A DNA stretch of 64,000 bases from contig CAWHBU010000008.1 in assembly GCA_963827685.1 (NCBI GenBank), positions 1-64,000 of the forward strand, read 5' to 3'. The notes under the pieces are model-generated. The model was not told the origin of the DNA. It saw only the letters and a program-made list of their open reading frames with translations, and made no database searches. Below, piece after piece: positions 54,156 to 62,928 of the stretch. Made by a program: the position numbers and the translations under genes. How positions within the stretch are numbered: position 1 is the stretch's first letter; every line of letters starts with the position of its first letter. This stretch comes from an uncultured delta proteobacterium (lineage in GTDB: Bacteria; Desulfobacterota; BSN033; UBA1163).

Positions 54156-55440
54156 GAGGCGGGTCACCCCGAAGTTTTATGAATTTATCCTTGTATTTGA
54201 AATCAATAGAGCAGTCTACCTCTGCAAGACCTTCTTTTATGAGATGTGCATTAAGAAATGTTTTGTTTTTTAAATAGATATAACAAAGCAGGCGATTCTC
54301 ATTATCGTGCTTTTGAGTATCAAATTTCAGAAATACTTTTTGCCCCTTCGTTTTTTCAGTAATGAAATTAACCGCCAAACCATTCAATGCCTTATCCTCT
54401 CTTACTCCGATAAGGCGGACAAGCAATCCGTTGCTGAGTCTAATCAGCTCAGGGCTGATCACTTCCTTAACCGAGTAATACTCTTCGCGTTCCCCGCTGT
54501 TTTCGTCAATTCTGGAGCCGAATTGAAGCTTTTTCGGATCAATCTTCTTATCGAGTTTATGAGGGTCTTTGAAGATATAGGGCAGCCTTGCAATGTCTTC
54601 GTTCAAGTCGGTTTTTATATTGTCTTTTAAAAAGATGTATTCTGTTCCGTAAAGATCGGCTTGTTCGATTCGCAGCTTTTTTCTGATGGTTGGAATAAAA
54701 TTCTCGTTAATTTCATAACCGATTGAATGCCGCCCCAGATTGCGGGCAGCCATTGAAGTCGTGCCGCTGCCAAGGAAGGGATCAAGAACCGTATCCCCTG
54801 CAAAAGAAAACATTTTGATAAGCCGGGCGGGCAGTTCTTCGGGGAACATTGCAATATGCCCTTCCTGTTTAGCGCCTGCAAAATACCAGTGGCCCGAAAA
54901 ATAAGTATTCCAATCTTCCTTTGATATGACCGACAGTTCTTTTTGCTCTCGGGTTGGTTTTGGCGGGTTGCCTTGTTTCTTAAACAACAGAATAAACTCA
55001 TAATCGAGTTTCAGAATTCCGTTGCGGGGATAAGGAAAACTTCCCATTATAGTGGCTCCGCCTGTTGTATTGGTCGTTGTCACCTTTTGCCAGATGATCG
55101 CCCCCATGTAGTCAAACCCGATTGTCTCGCAGAATTTAATGATTTCGGTTCGAATCGGGATTACCTTGTACCGTCCGTAATAAACCGAGCGAGCGAACTG
55201 ATCCCCGATGTTTATGCAAAGCCGGCAGCCTGAGTGTAAAACCCGATGACATTCCTTCCAGACAAGGCTTAGGTTATTTATATAGCTCTCATAAGTCTCA
55301 TGGTATCCGATTTGATCGCTTGTCCCGTAATCTTTAAGCTGCCAGTACGGGGGTGACGTAATGATCAAATGAACCAATTCATCGGTCACCAGATTCATTT
55401 GTCTGGAATCGCCATGAATTATTTTGTGTATGGTTTTCAT
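54133..55440 (-). CDS. Beta-class N4/N6 DNA methyltransferase fused to a C-terminal thermonuclease (SNase-like) domain
   Basis: TSPPY and VLDPFLGSGTT motifs; C-terminus VRLIGV...RLLCYIYL...NAHLIKEGLA. Confidence 0.85.
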   Translation of the reverse strand: MKTIHKIIHGDSRQMNLVTDELVHLIITSPPYWQLKDYGTSDQIGYHETYESYINNLSLVWKECHRVLHSGCRLCINIGDQFARSVYYGRYKVIPIRTEIIKFCETIGFDYMGAIIWQKVTTTNTTGGATIMGSFPYPRNGILKLDYEFILLFKKQGNPPKPTREQKELSVISKEDWNTYFSGHWYFAGAKQEGHIAMFPEELPARLIKMFSFAGDTVLDPFLGSGTTSMAARNLGRHSIGYEINENFIPTIRKKLRIEQADLYGTEYIFLKDNIKTDLNEDIARLPYIFKDPHKLDKKIDPKKLQFGSRIDENSGEREEYYSVKEVISPELIRLSNGLLVRLIGVREDKALNGLAVNFITEKTKGQKVFLKFDTQKHDNENRLLCYIYLKNKTFLNAHLIKEGLAEVDCSIDFKYKDKFIKLRGDPPHDLQKVR

Positions 55441-55492
55441 TTTTGTAATTTATTGTAGCTTAAATCAGTTGTGTTTGTAAATTGGTTGTTGT

Positions 55493-55615
55493 CGCTAACA
55501 TTTATTTTTATATTGCTGCGGCGAAATAAGCCTTTATCAAAAGTTGACCAAGTACTGATTAATATTTTTCGTTGCTGAAAACGAAGAAATATTTCCGGCC
55601 TCCACCCTGTGGATT
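55493..55615 (-). repeat. Repeat A copy 8: attI-like arm ending ATAAAAATAAATG|TTAGCG
   Basis: Homologous to 50323-50440; GTT ~55 bp upstream of the MTase start. Confidence 0.7.
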
Positions 55616-55664
55616 ACCGAGCTGTGATTCAAGCCGTCAAAGTGAAACAGCAGGTTAGGCAATC

Positions 55665-56673
55665 TTAAGACTTGCGCGCTGAGACAATACCCAACCCGTC
55701 TGACATCGCGTTATGTTCAATAGATATATCAACAAATCCAGCTTCGAGCAACAAATCACGGTGCTCCTTTTCCGTGTAGGACTTTCCATCATCATAAACA
55801 TTGAGGAATACAAGACTGAAAGCCACAGATGCAATCGGAGATAATCGCGTGTCATTTAGAATACTCCCGACGATATAGATAGAACTGCCAGGTTCCATCA
55901 CTTGAGAAATATTCTTCAATGCTTTCTTGGCATCCTGGGATGGCAAAACCTGGATCAACGCACGCAGAATCGCAACGTCATAACTTCCTTCAGGTGGCCT
56001 ATTGATAAGATCGGCGGCCATTACCGATATCCTTTTAGACATACCAGCTTCCGATATGAATCGTTCTGAGATCGACACCACCGCAGGCAAGTCGACCACT
56101 GTTGCCTCAAGATCAGGATATGTCCCACAAATTCCGATCGAGAGTCCACCTGTCCCACCACCCGCATCTAACAGACGCTTAAACCTAGAAAAATCGATTT
56201 TCCCTGCCTAGTTGTCTCCCGGCGCTTAGACTGCCGGGATATTGGCCCTTAAAGTACTTGATCAGATCATCTTTCGGCAAAGACATCCAGTCAAGTTTTG
56301 CCTGAGGTTTGCCGGTGCGAATGCTTTCTGAAGTCTTAAGAGTGGCTTGCCACAAACCGTTATAAAAACCAGCCAATCCACCCATATATTCCGGGCGGCC
56401 ACGCACTAGAAACCGGTTGGCTTCGTCAGTATTGGAGAAGACTCCGTCTTCAACGATCAGAAGGCCAGCCGTTACCAGAACGTAAAGAAGGGGTGAGAGC
56501 TTGTCCGCCTGAACGTGCAATGCTTTGGCAAGACTTTCGACATTCATAGATCCACCCTTGAGCGGCGTAAAAACGTCAAGCTGCATCCCAGCCAACATCG
56601 CGAAAGACGGATAAACAGCGTAGGCATTACGCATAATGGCAGTGGGGCTAATGCTATTATTGTTCTTAGTCAT
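55665..56673 (-). CDS. O-methyltransferase (dimerisation + Methyltransf_2), frameshift at ~56200; integron cassette
   Basis: LLDAGGGTGG in the shifted frame; begins after attC GTTATGC and is followed by GCCTAAC (55654-55660). Confidence 0.85.
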
Positions 56674-56740
56674 CTTTTTCCCTTTTCGCTATCGTGCTTC
56701 ATTTGGAGGTAGTACACGGTGCGATAATCACGCATTGGGT

Positions 56741-56804
56741 GCATAACGCGAGAATTCAGCCACGCGGGCCGAAGGTCTGCGACGGCTGGAATGAAGGGTT
56801 AGGC
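56741..56804 (-). other. Canonical integron attC site (64 bp)
   Basis: GCCTAAC-CCTTC-ATTCCAGC-CGTCGCAGACCTTCGGCCCGCGTG-GCTGAATT-CTCGC-GTTATGC; the GIY-YIG stop codon lies in R''. Confidence 0.88.
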
Positions 56805-57110
56805 ACAATGTTCACTAAAGATGATTTGCTCTTTCTTGGACCGAGGCATCGCTTTTATCTGTGCTTCTCGAATAAGAGCTTTGGAACGCGTCAGCCCTTC
56901 TTGTTGATATAACAGCTTGACGGGCAGGCGAGTTCGGGTGTAGGTTGCCCCCCGACCCTCACTATGTTGCTTGACCCGAGCCCGCACATCTTTTGCTATC
57001 CCAGTGTAGAGCGACCCATCCCCGCAGCGGAGGATATAGACTGTCCAATCCTTTCGCCCCCTTCTCTTCATCCCTTGGATCATTCTTAGGTATTTAGTCT
57101 CCACATTCAT
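56799..57110 (-). CDS. GIY-YIG nuclease (UPF0213/YhbQ-like)
   Basis: VYILRCGDGSLYTGI..R..QH..G.GATYTR...A..RE..IK. Confidence 0.9.
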   Translation of the reverse strand: MNVETKYLRMIQGMKRRGRKDWTVYILRCGDGSLYTGIAKDVRARVKQHSEGRGATYTRTRLPVKLLYQQEGLTRSKALIREAQIKAMPRSKKEQIIFSEHCA

Positions 57111-57132
57111 CCTCTCTAGGGGAAACACAATT

Positions 57133-57251
57133 GAGTCAGATCTTCAGATGTCTTGAATTTATCCGATGTTTTTTCGGTGTCTCCCCGTGTTCCGGCACTT
57201 CCTAGTTCAGAGAATATACCTCTCAGATTTCTATGTCAAACATGAGTTTCC
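57133..57251 (-). promoter_or_regulatory. Repeat B copy 3 with promoter (57239-57211)
   Basis: TTGACA-17-TATTCT facing GIY-YIG. Confidence 0.8.
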
Positions 57252-57254
57252 ATG

Positions 57255-57755
57255 TCATATGCTGAGACCTGCCCCCTGTGTCCTTCGGTTTAATATTCTA
57301 TCTAATAACTCTTTCCGCTTTTTAAAAAACGGGCTTATAATAAAAAAACCTCCAGGAAACGAACTTTCAGCAACAATAACTTTTTTGTATCGCATGAACG
57401 CTGGATAGTAGATTAGCGAAAACCAGAAATGAGTTTTAACCCCCTGAATTTCTCTTATTGGAATCGCTGACAGTTTACCGAATATTCTCTTTAAATATAC
57501 ATATTCCTTTTCGTTATCAACAAATATTGCATGAGGGACACGGACGTAAATTTCCCAGAAGTATTGTTCTATTACTATGCAAAATAAGGAAAATATCGCC
57601 ATCTCAAAAGATTCTTTCAAATTCTGCTTCTCAATAAGTATGAGAATAGCTGCAGCCATGAAAATTAAACACCCGAGGGGGATGAATACTACCAAAAAGA
57701 ATCCCAAATACCAATCGCATGCTTTCATAAATAGATGCAATTCATATTTTTCCAT
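57255..57755 (-). CDS. Hypothetical membrane protein between 30-bp direct repeats
   Basis: Two hydrophobic segments; repeats at 57252-57281 and 57919-57948. Confidence 0.6.
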   Translation of the reverse strand: MEKYELHLFMKACDWYLGFFLVVFIPLGCLIFMAAAILILIEKQNLKESFEMAIFSLFCIVIEQYFWEIYVRVPHAIFVDNEKEYVYLKRIFGKLSAIPIREIQGVKTHFWFSLIYYPAFMRYKKVIVAESSFPGGFFIISPFFKKRKELLDRILNRRTQGAGLSI

Positions 57756-57961
57756 AGAGTCCCCATTCAGATATTTACTTGTCGATAAAGAAGTCTCGAT
57801 TCTTGTTTTGATATTTGTCGCTTAATGCACCAATATCTTGGCATCCCCCTATAAGTAAGAAGATCCAAAGAGTGTTGGTAATATTTTAAGAATCCGATGT
57901 TGTCTTGAAGCAATACCAATGTCATATGTTGAGACCTGATCCCTGTGTTCTTGTCCTCATT

Positions 57962-58036
57962 GATAGACGAAGGCGGATTATTTGTATTTGCCCTGAATGA
58001 TACTTAATCTGACAGACCCTGTCAAATTACCTCTTG
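57962..58036 (-). promoter_or_regulatory. Repeat E copy 2 with promoter TTGACA-17-TATCAT (58025-57997)
   Basis: Matches 20861-20928; lies downstream of a transposase tail. Confidence 0.72.
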
Positions 58037-58127
58037 CCTAACGAGTACACCGACTACCATTCAATTCTAGGTTGCTTTGGAAAGTGAAGATTGCGGATTG
58101 AAATACTCAACAGATAACTCGGTGGAA

Positions 58128-58325
58128 TCGTGAACTCATATAGGAATCCATCGGGTAATCCGGGTCCGGATAGAAGGAAGGGGCAGAAAATGGAAGCTGG
58201 GAATCTGAATCATCGATGGAAATCGTTACGGGGATGTGCCTTCACCTTGGGCGGGGGTCTGACCTTCACCTCCCAGAGGCCAAGATGCTTGAGCATCTTC
58301 TCGATCACTTCTTCATCTTCGATGT
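58128..58325 (-). pseudogene. C-terminal remnant of an IS91-family transposase
   Basis: Minus strand reads IEDEEVIEKMLKHLGLWEVKVRPPPK...DSDSQLP...PDPDYPMDSY. Confidence 0.7.
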
Positions 58326-58348
58326 CAAATCTGTAACCGACTATCGGC

Positions 58349-58864
58349 TCAGTCTGCGGGAAAGCCCATGGCTTGCTTCTCTATAGCCTTGCCATCTTTG
58401 AAATCAATCCAAACCCTTGCTTTCTTGCTGTTCTTCCACTCATAACGTTTCACATCGTATTTTTCTCCAGGTTTCCCGACTACCCTCACGACATCCTTGT
58501 AACTGAGACTATCTGGACTCTTTCGGGCCTGCATAAGTTTCTGGATTTCACTATCAAGTCGGTCGTGCCCTGGACCTGTTTTCCCAGGACTGATCAGTGA
58601 AGTTCCGTACCATTTGTTGTTCTGGAAGCCAACCTTGAGATTATCGTCCTTCCAGATATAAAAAACGATGCCCAAATCGACACCTTCACCTCCCAATATC
58701 TTCACAATCTCAGGATAGGACATGCCTAATCTCACCCGCTCATAGTCCACATTGCTGAAATCTTTAGGTGGACTCTGAGCCCATGCATTTCCTCCGCAAA
58801 TTCCCACCGAAATCCCAAGTAATGCCAGAAGACACATGCCTGCAAACAGTTTCACTTTTTTCAT
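58349..58864 (-). CDS. Exported protein with duplicated BLIP/DUF3862-like motif
   Basis: Signal peptide; GMSYPEIVKILGGEG..YIW and LSYKDVVRVVGKPG..YEW. Confidence 0.7.
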   Translation of the reverse strand: MKKVKLFAGMCLLALLGISVGICGGNAWAQSPPKDFSNVDYERVRLGMSYPEIVKILGGEGVDLGIVFYIWKDDNLKVGFQNNKWYGTSLISPGKTGPGHDRLDSEIQKLMQARKSPDSLSYKDVVRVVGKPGEKYDVKRYEWKNSKKARVWIDFKDGKAIEKQAMGFPAD

Positions 58865-59014
58865 TTTCCCTCCTTACGATTCAAATGATAAGTTTCCCAA
58901 GCCGACAGATTGGCTGGCCCTTGCCAAGACCTCATCCGTATATTCGAAGGACCCCTTTAAAGGACCATTTCGCGCAGGGATTGGTTTGCACGCAATTGTT
59001 TAAAATGAAAAAAA

Positions 59015-59761
59015 TTACTTCTCCTTTTCGGAATGAGTATCTTTAGACCCTGTACCACCTGTTTTCACAGCGCCTTGCCCTCCGCCTCCTGAGGTTTTAG
59101 CTGTTCCCGTTTTTGTTCCCGTTCCTACTTTTGTTCCTGTTTCAACCTTTGTTCCTGTCCCTACTTTTGTTCCTGTTCCTACAGTCTTGTTACTAGACCC
59201 TACTTTACTTCTTGTATCCTTCCCACCCTTGTCAGTGGACTCTTTGCCGTGATGAACATCTCCACCACGATGAGCTTCTGTGGGCCTATGAAACTCTCTA
59301 CCACCCCAATGATGCTGGGAGTGATCTCTATACCAAGGCTGTCTGTTCCAGTAGTGATTGCGACCCCAATTCCTCCAATGGCCATGGAAGTCACCGTAGT
59401 GTATCCGATGATATCCTGGCGGCACTCCGAGAATATAATCAGGTGGTATAACCACGACGGCCGGGGGGATACGAGGTGTCTCAACATAAGCCCATGGTCC
59501 GTTGTAGATGGAAGACCTGAACCAATGATCTTCATGGAAGCGATACCAGAAGCCTCCGAAAAAATAGAGACCTACAGTGTTCGGCACCAAATAGACATCG
59601 TTTGCTTCACTGGGAACTACCACGACATCGGGCGGTGCTGGAAATACCAGAGGCGGGGGAGGGGGAACGCCAATGCTGATGTTCACCTCGGCCCTACCAA
59701 CAAGCGCCATGCCAACGACAAAAAACAGACAAACCATAAGAAATACTACGATCTGCTTCAT
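59015..59761 (-). CDS. Exported Pro/Trp/His-rich protein with a KVGTGT-repeat tail
   Basis: Signal peptide, VNISIGVPPPPP, 18-bp tandem repeats at ~59100-59185. Confidence 0.8.
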   Translation of the reverse strand: MKQIVVFLMVCLFFVVGMALVGRAEVNISIGVPPPPPLVFPAPPDVVVVPSEANDVYLVPNTVGLYFFGGFWYRFHEDHWFRSSIYNGPWAYVETPRIPPAVVVIPPDYILGVPPGYHRIHYGDFHGHWRNWGRNHYWNRQPWYRDHSQHHWGGREFHRPTEAHRGGDVHHGKESTDKGGKDTRSKVGSSNKTVGTGTKVGTGTKVETGTKVGTGTKTGTAKTSGGGGQGAVKTGGTGSKDTHSEKEK

Positions 59762-59832
59762 AAAATGATCCCTCCTTTTGGCTAATAACGAGTAAGTAAG
59801 AATGATAAGAACTCCCTTTAGAGCCAGGGATG

Positions 59833-59925
59833 AATATATGAAAAACGGGGTTGTATGTCAAACAAAAAAAACTGTAAGATATGAAGGACGGTTTTGGGCC
59901 AGTTTTCCAGATGACGATTACCAAC
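59833..59925 (-). promoter_or_regulatory. Repeat F copy 3 with promoter TTGACA-17-TATATT (59861-59833)
   Basis: Shares agatatgaagga.ggtttt.ggcc...gattaccaa with the 27568 copy. Confidence 0.7.
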
Positions 59926-59986
59926 TGACCTTCCCCCGAGTTGATGGACACACCTGAGAATTTGTATCATTGGACAGGAGGTGCGT

Positions 59987-60283
59987 ATGGGGGAAAAGAA
60001 TCGTCATTTCAGCCGTGAGTTCAAACGAGATGCAGTGCAGTTGGTCACAGAGAAAGGGATGCCGGTAGGCAAGGTGGCCCGAGAGCTTGATATCCATCCC
60101 AATCTTCTTCATCTATGGAGGAGGAGGTTCTTAGCTAAAGGGGATAAAGCCTTCGTAGGGAAGGGCCGTGTAACGCCAGAGGAAGCGGAAATAAAGGGGC
60201 TCCGGAAGGAATTAGAAAAGGTGAAGGAAGAGAGGGACATTTTAAAAAAAGCCTTGGCCGTATTCTCCAAACGAAACAGATGA
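59987..60283 (+). CDS. IS3 OrfA
   Basis: FSREFKRDAV...VARELDI HTH, ERDILKKA. Confidence 0.92.
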   Translation: MGEKNRHFSREFKRDAVQLVTEKGMPVGKVARELDIHPNLLHLWRRRFLAKGDKAFVGKGRVTPEEAEIKGLRKELEKVKEERDILKKALAVFSKRNR

Positions 60284-61137
60284 AGTATCGGTTGATAGAA
60301 GAGCACAGAGAGACCTACAAGATAAGGAGTATGAGTGAAGTGTTGAAGGTATCCAGAAGTGGTTATTATGCGTGGAAGACGCGTCAACCGAGCACACGTC
60401 AGAAAGACGATGAGGAGTTGCTGGGGCACATACGGGAGATCCACACTCAAAGCAGAAGGCTCTATGGGAGTCCGCGGATCGCAGCGGAGCTCAATAAGCA
60501 GGGTCTTAGATGTGGGAAGAACCGGGTAGCCAGGATCATGAAAGAGCACTCCATATGGGCAGAAGTGAAGAAAAAGAGATTCAGGCGGACTACCGATTCA
60601 CGGCATCATTATGCCTTGGCTGCAAACTTACTGATTGACCAGAGGCAGACAGAGGGGGTATGGGCATCTGATATTACGTTTGTGCCCACTTCTGAGGGAT
60701 GGCTCTATGTGGCAGCAGTGATGAATGTGAAAAGCAGAAAGATCATTGGGCTGTCCATGAGCGATAAGCTCTCTCAGGAGCTAGCTTCTGCTGCGCTCAG
60801 GGACGCGGTGGGCAGGCAAAGCCCCTCTGAAGGGTTGATCCACCATTCTGATCGAGGCAGGCAGTATGCAAGCTATGCCTATCAGGAGCTTTTAAGAGAA
60901 TACGGCATGACTCCTAGTATGAGCAGAAGTGGCAATTGTTATGATAATGCCTATGTGGAGTCTTTCTTTGGCACGCTCAAGACGGAGTTGGTCCATGGTG
61001 AGCGGTACCGTTCAAGGCTGGAGGCGAGGCTTAGTATTTTTGAGTACGTGGAAGTGTTTTATAATCGTCAGAGGAGTCATTCGGCATTAGGGTACAGGAG
61101 CCCAGAGCAGTATGAAAAGCTCCTTAATGAAACTTAA
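60280..61137 (+). CDS. IS3 OrfB (DDE integrase core)
   Basis: WASDIT, HSDRGRQY, DNAYVESFF. Confidence 0.93.
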   Translation: MKYRLIEEHRETYKIRSMSEVLKVSRSGYYAWKTRQPSTRQKDDEELLGHIREIHTQSRRLYGSPRIAAELNKQGLRCGKNRVARIMKEHSIWAEVKKKRFRRTTDSRHHYALAANLLIDQRQTEGVWASDITFVPTSEGWLYVAAVMNVKSRKIIGLSMSDKLSQELASAALRDAVGRQSPSEGLIHHSDRGRQYASYAYQELLREYGMTPSMSRSGNCYDNAYVESFFGTLKTELVHGERYRSRLEARLSIFEYVEVFYNRQRSHSALGYRSPEQYEKLLNET

Positions 61138-61211
61138 TCATGTGTCCACTTTTTCAGGGGAAGGTCAAACCGAAATCTTGCATCATGGTCGAAATCTGTC
61201 AGACAACGACT

Positions 61212-61310
61212 TCAGTAAGAAAGAGTCAAAAAAACGGACTACCTCTTCAACCTACAAAGTTTGAAGATGAATCTACGTTAAGAGCTGTTGATTTTAGATT
61301 GGGGGAGAGG
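61212..61310. repeat. Degenerate D-tail repeat
   Basis: gaagatgaatctacgttaagagctgttgattttagattgggggagagg; relatives at ~36668-36718, ~53375-53426, ~20940-21000. Confidence 0.7.
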
Positions 61311-61458
61311 GGGCAGAAGGGACATCCTATATTGCTCCTGTCAAGAGGGGAAACGAAACAATTTCATCTTTTGCAAAACAGGTGGTGAATCCGTCGGTTC
61401 CTGCAAAACGCTCCACAACTTATTTTCCCCTCAAAAGGCAAGAAATCTTTCGGGTCGT

Positions 61459-62928
61459 CTATGGTATTTTGTTCTCCTCATTAAGATGCGGTTCATCGTT
61501 TTCATACGGGCTACCATCTTTTAAAGTCTGAAACGGAAGAGGGGATTCAGGTAAAGGGAAGACGGTGCTCCCTTTTAAGACTTCATCATCGGGCCGAATC
61601 TCCTGGGAAGTCCACTTTTCGTTGTTATCAGCCCAATCCAGGGATGTATCGATGTATCTCGCCACGCTTTTGCCAGCGATATTAAGTAACAGGAAAAGCA
61701 AGGCCCGCCTGAGGTTGATGGGAGAAACCCTTAAAAGAAATGGAATATGCCGAAGGATCGAGGAGAAAGAATAAAACTCGCTTTGGACATGATGGTGTCC
61801 CTCGGCAAGCTCCTGGGGAGTCATGTTTTTAGGTTGAAATACGACGGTATGGTGGTCGTAATGGCTCCAATCGTGAGAAATGATTCGTCCCTGATCTTTG
61901 AAACGCTGGTATATTCGTGTTCCGGGATAGGGCGTCAGAACATGTAAAGCCATTGTTGGAAGTTTGGTTCTTGCCAAAAATTCCAGGGTATCATCAAAAA
62001 TGGCTTTCGTATCCGTATCAAACCCCAAAATAATGGAAGGGTGAAAGGCGATACCATTGTCCTGGATAATCTTAATCGCCCCCTCCGTCTCTTCTACAGA
62101 TTTGAGCGTTTTTTTCATTCCCATCAGGCTTGAAGGCGATACAGACTCAAGCCCAAAGAATAAGGCCGCACAGCCCGAGAGGCGACATAATTTCAACATT
62201 TCTTTGTCTTTCGCCAAGGAGACGGAACTTTGTCCTACCCATTCGATGCCCAGGGGTATCAACGCTTCAAATAATTCTTTGGAATATTCCGGGTGTCCAG
62301 CAACATTATCGTCTAAGATCAAAAACGTCTTTGAGCCAGATCGTTTGATATCCTCAACAACCATGGAAACCGGTCTATGCCTGATTTTCCTCCCATAGAA
62401 ATCCGTCACCGAACAGAATTCACAGGCGTACGGACACCCTCTGGTTGTCAATAGCCCTACACAGTTAGATAGCGCCTTGTCAATATGAAAATCTCGCCTT
62501 GGGAAAGGAAGCTTTGAAAGATCAGGTTCTGGTACATGGTAAAATTTCTGGAGGTTGCTCTTCCTAAAATCGTTGATGACATCTGCCCAGCAGCCTTCTG
62601 CCTCTCCGATGACAACGGCATCGGCGTGCTCTATGGCTTCTTGCGGTAAGATAGTAGGATGAATTCCACCGAGAACGACTTTGGAACCTCTCTGTCTAAA
62701 TATGTCGGATAATTGATAGCTTCTATTTGCCGTCGCGGTCATGCAGGAAATCCCAACCAGGTCGAAATCCAAAGAAAAATCGATCTCTCTGATTTCTTCA
62801 TCTACAACGGTAATATCAACATCATTTGGCGTCAGTGAGGCCAGAATGTGTAGACTTAATTGAGGTATCTTAATAGCTCTTAGTTTCTTACGGAACTTAT
62901 GAGAAGGTGAAATCAGTAGGAGTTTCAT
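61459..62928 (-). CDS. B12-binding radical SAM protein
   Basis: LGGIHPT, GEAE, TRGCPYACEFC, LTPYPGT. Confidence 0.9.
   Translation of the reverse strand: MKLLLISPSHKFRKKLRAIKIPQLSLHILASLTPNDVDITVVDEEIREIDFSLDFDLVGISCMTATANRSYQLSDIFRQRGSKVVLGGIHPTILPQEAIEHADAVVIGEAEGCWADVINDFRKSNLQKFYHVPEPDLSKLPFPRRDFHIDKALSNCVGLLTTRGCPYACEFCSVTDFYGRKIRHRPVSMVVEDIKRSGSKTFLILDDNVAGHPEYSKELFEALIPLGIEWVGQSSVSLAKDKEMLKLCRLSGCAALFFGLESVSPSSLMGMKKTLKSVEETEGAIKIIQDNGIAFHPSIILGFDTDTKAIFDDTLEFLARTKLPTMALHVLTPYPGTRIYQRFKDQGRIISHDWSHYDHHTVVFQPKNMTPQELAEGHHHVQSEFYSFSSILRHIPFLLRVSPINLRRALLFLLLNIAGKSVARYIDTSLDWADNNEKWTSQEIRPDDEVLKGSTVFPLPESPLPFQTLKDGSPYENDEPHLNEENKIP

Larger units (their letters stand above)
59926..61167 (+). 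mobile_element. IS3-family insertion sequence (1242 bp)
   Basis: IRs TGACCTTCCCC...GGACACA; AAC target duplication; A7G slippery site at ~60244-60251. Confidence 0.93.

Noticed and set aside
38609-55615. Repeat A as a CRISPR array
   Set aside because: Units are 70-250 bp, separated by whole genes, irregularly spaced, and there are no cas genes
59100-59185. 18-bp tandem repeat as a non-coding array
   Set aside because: It encodes the KVGTGT low-complexity tail of CDS 59015-59761
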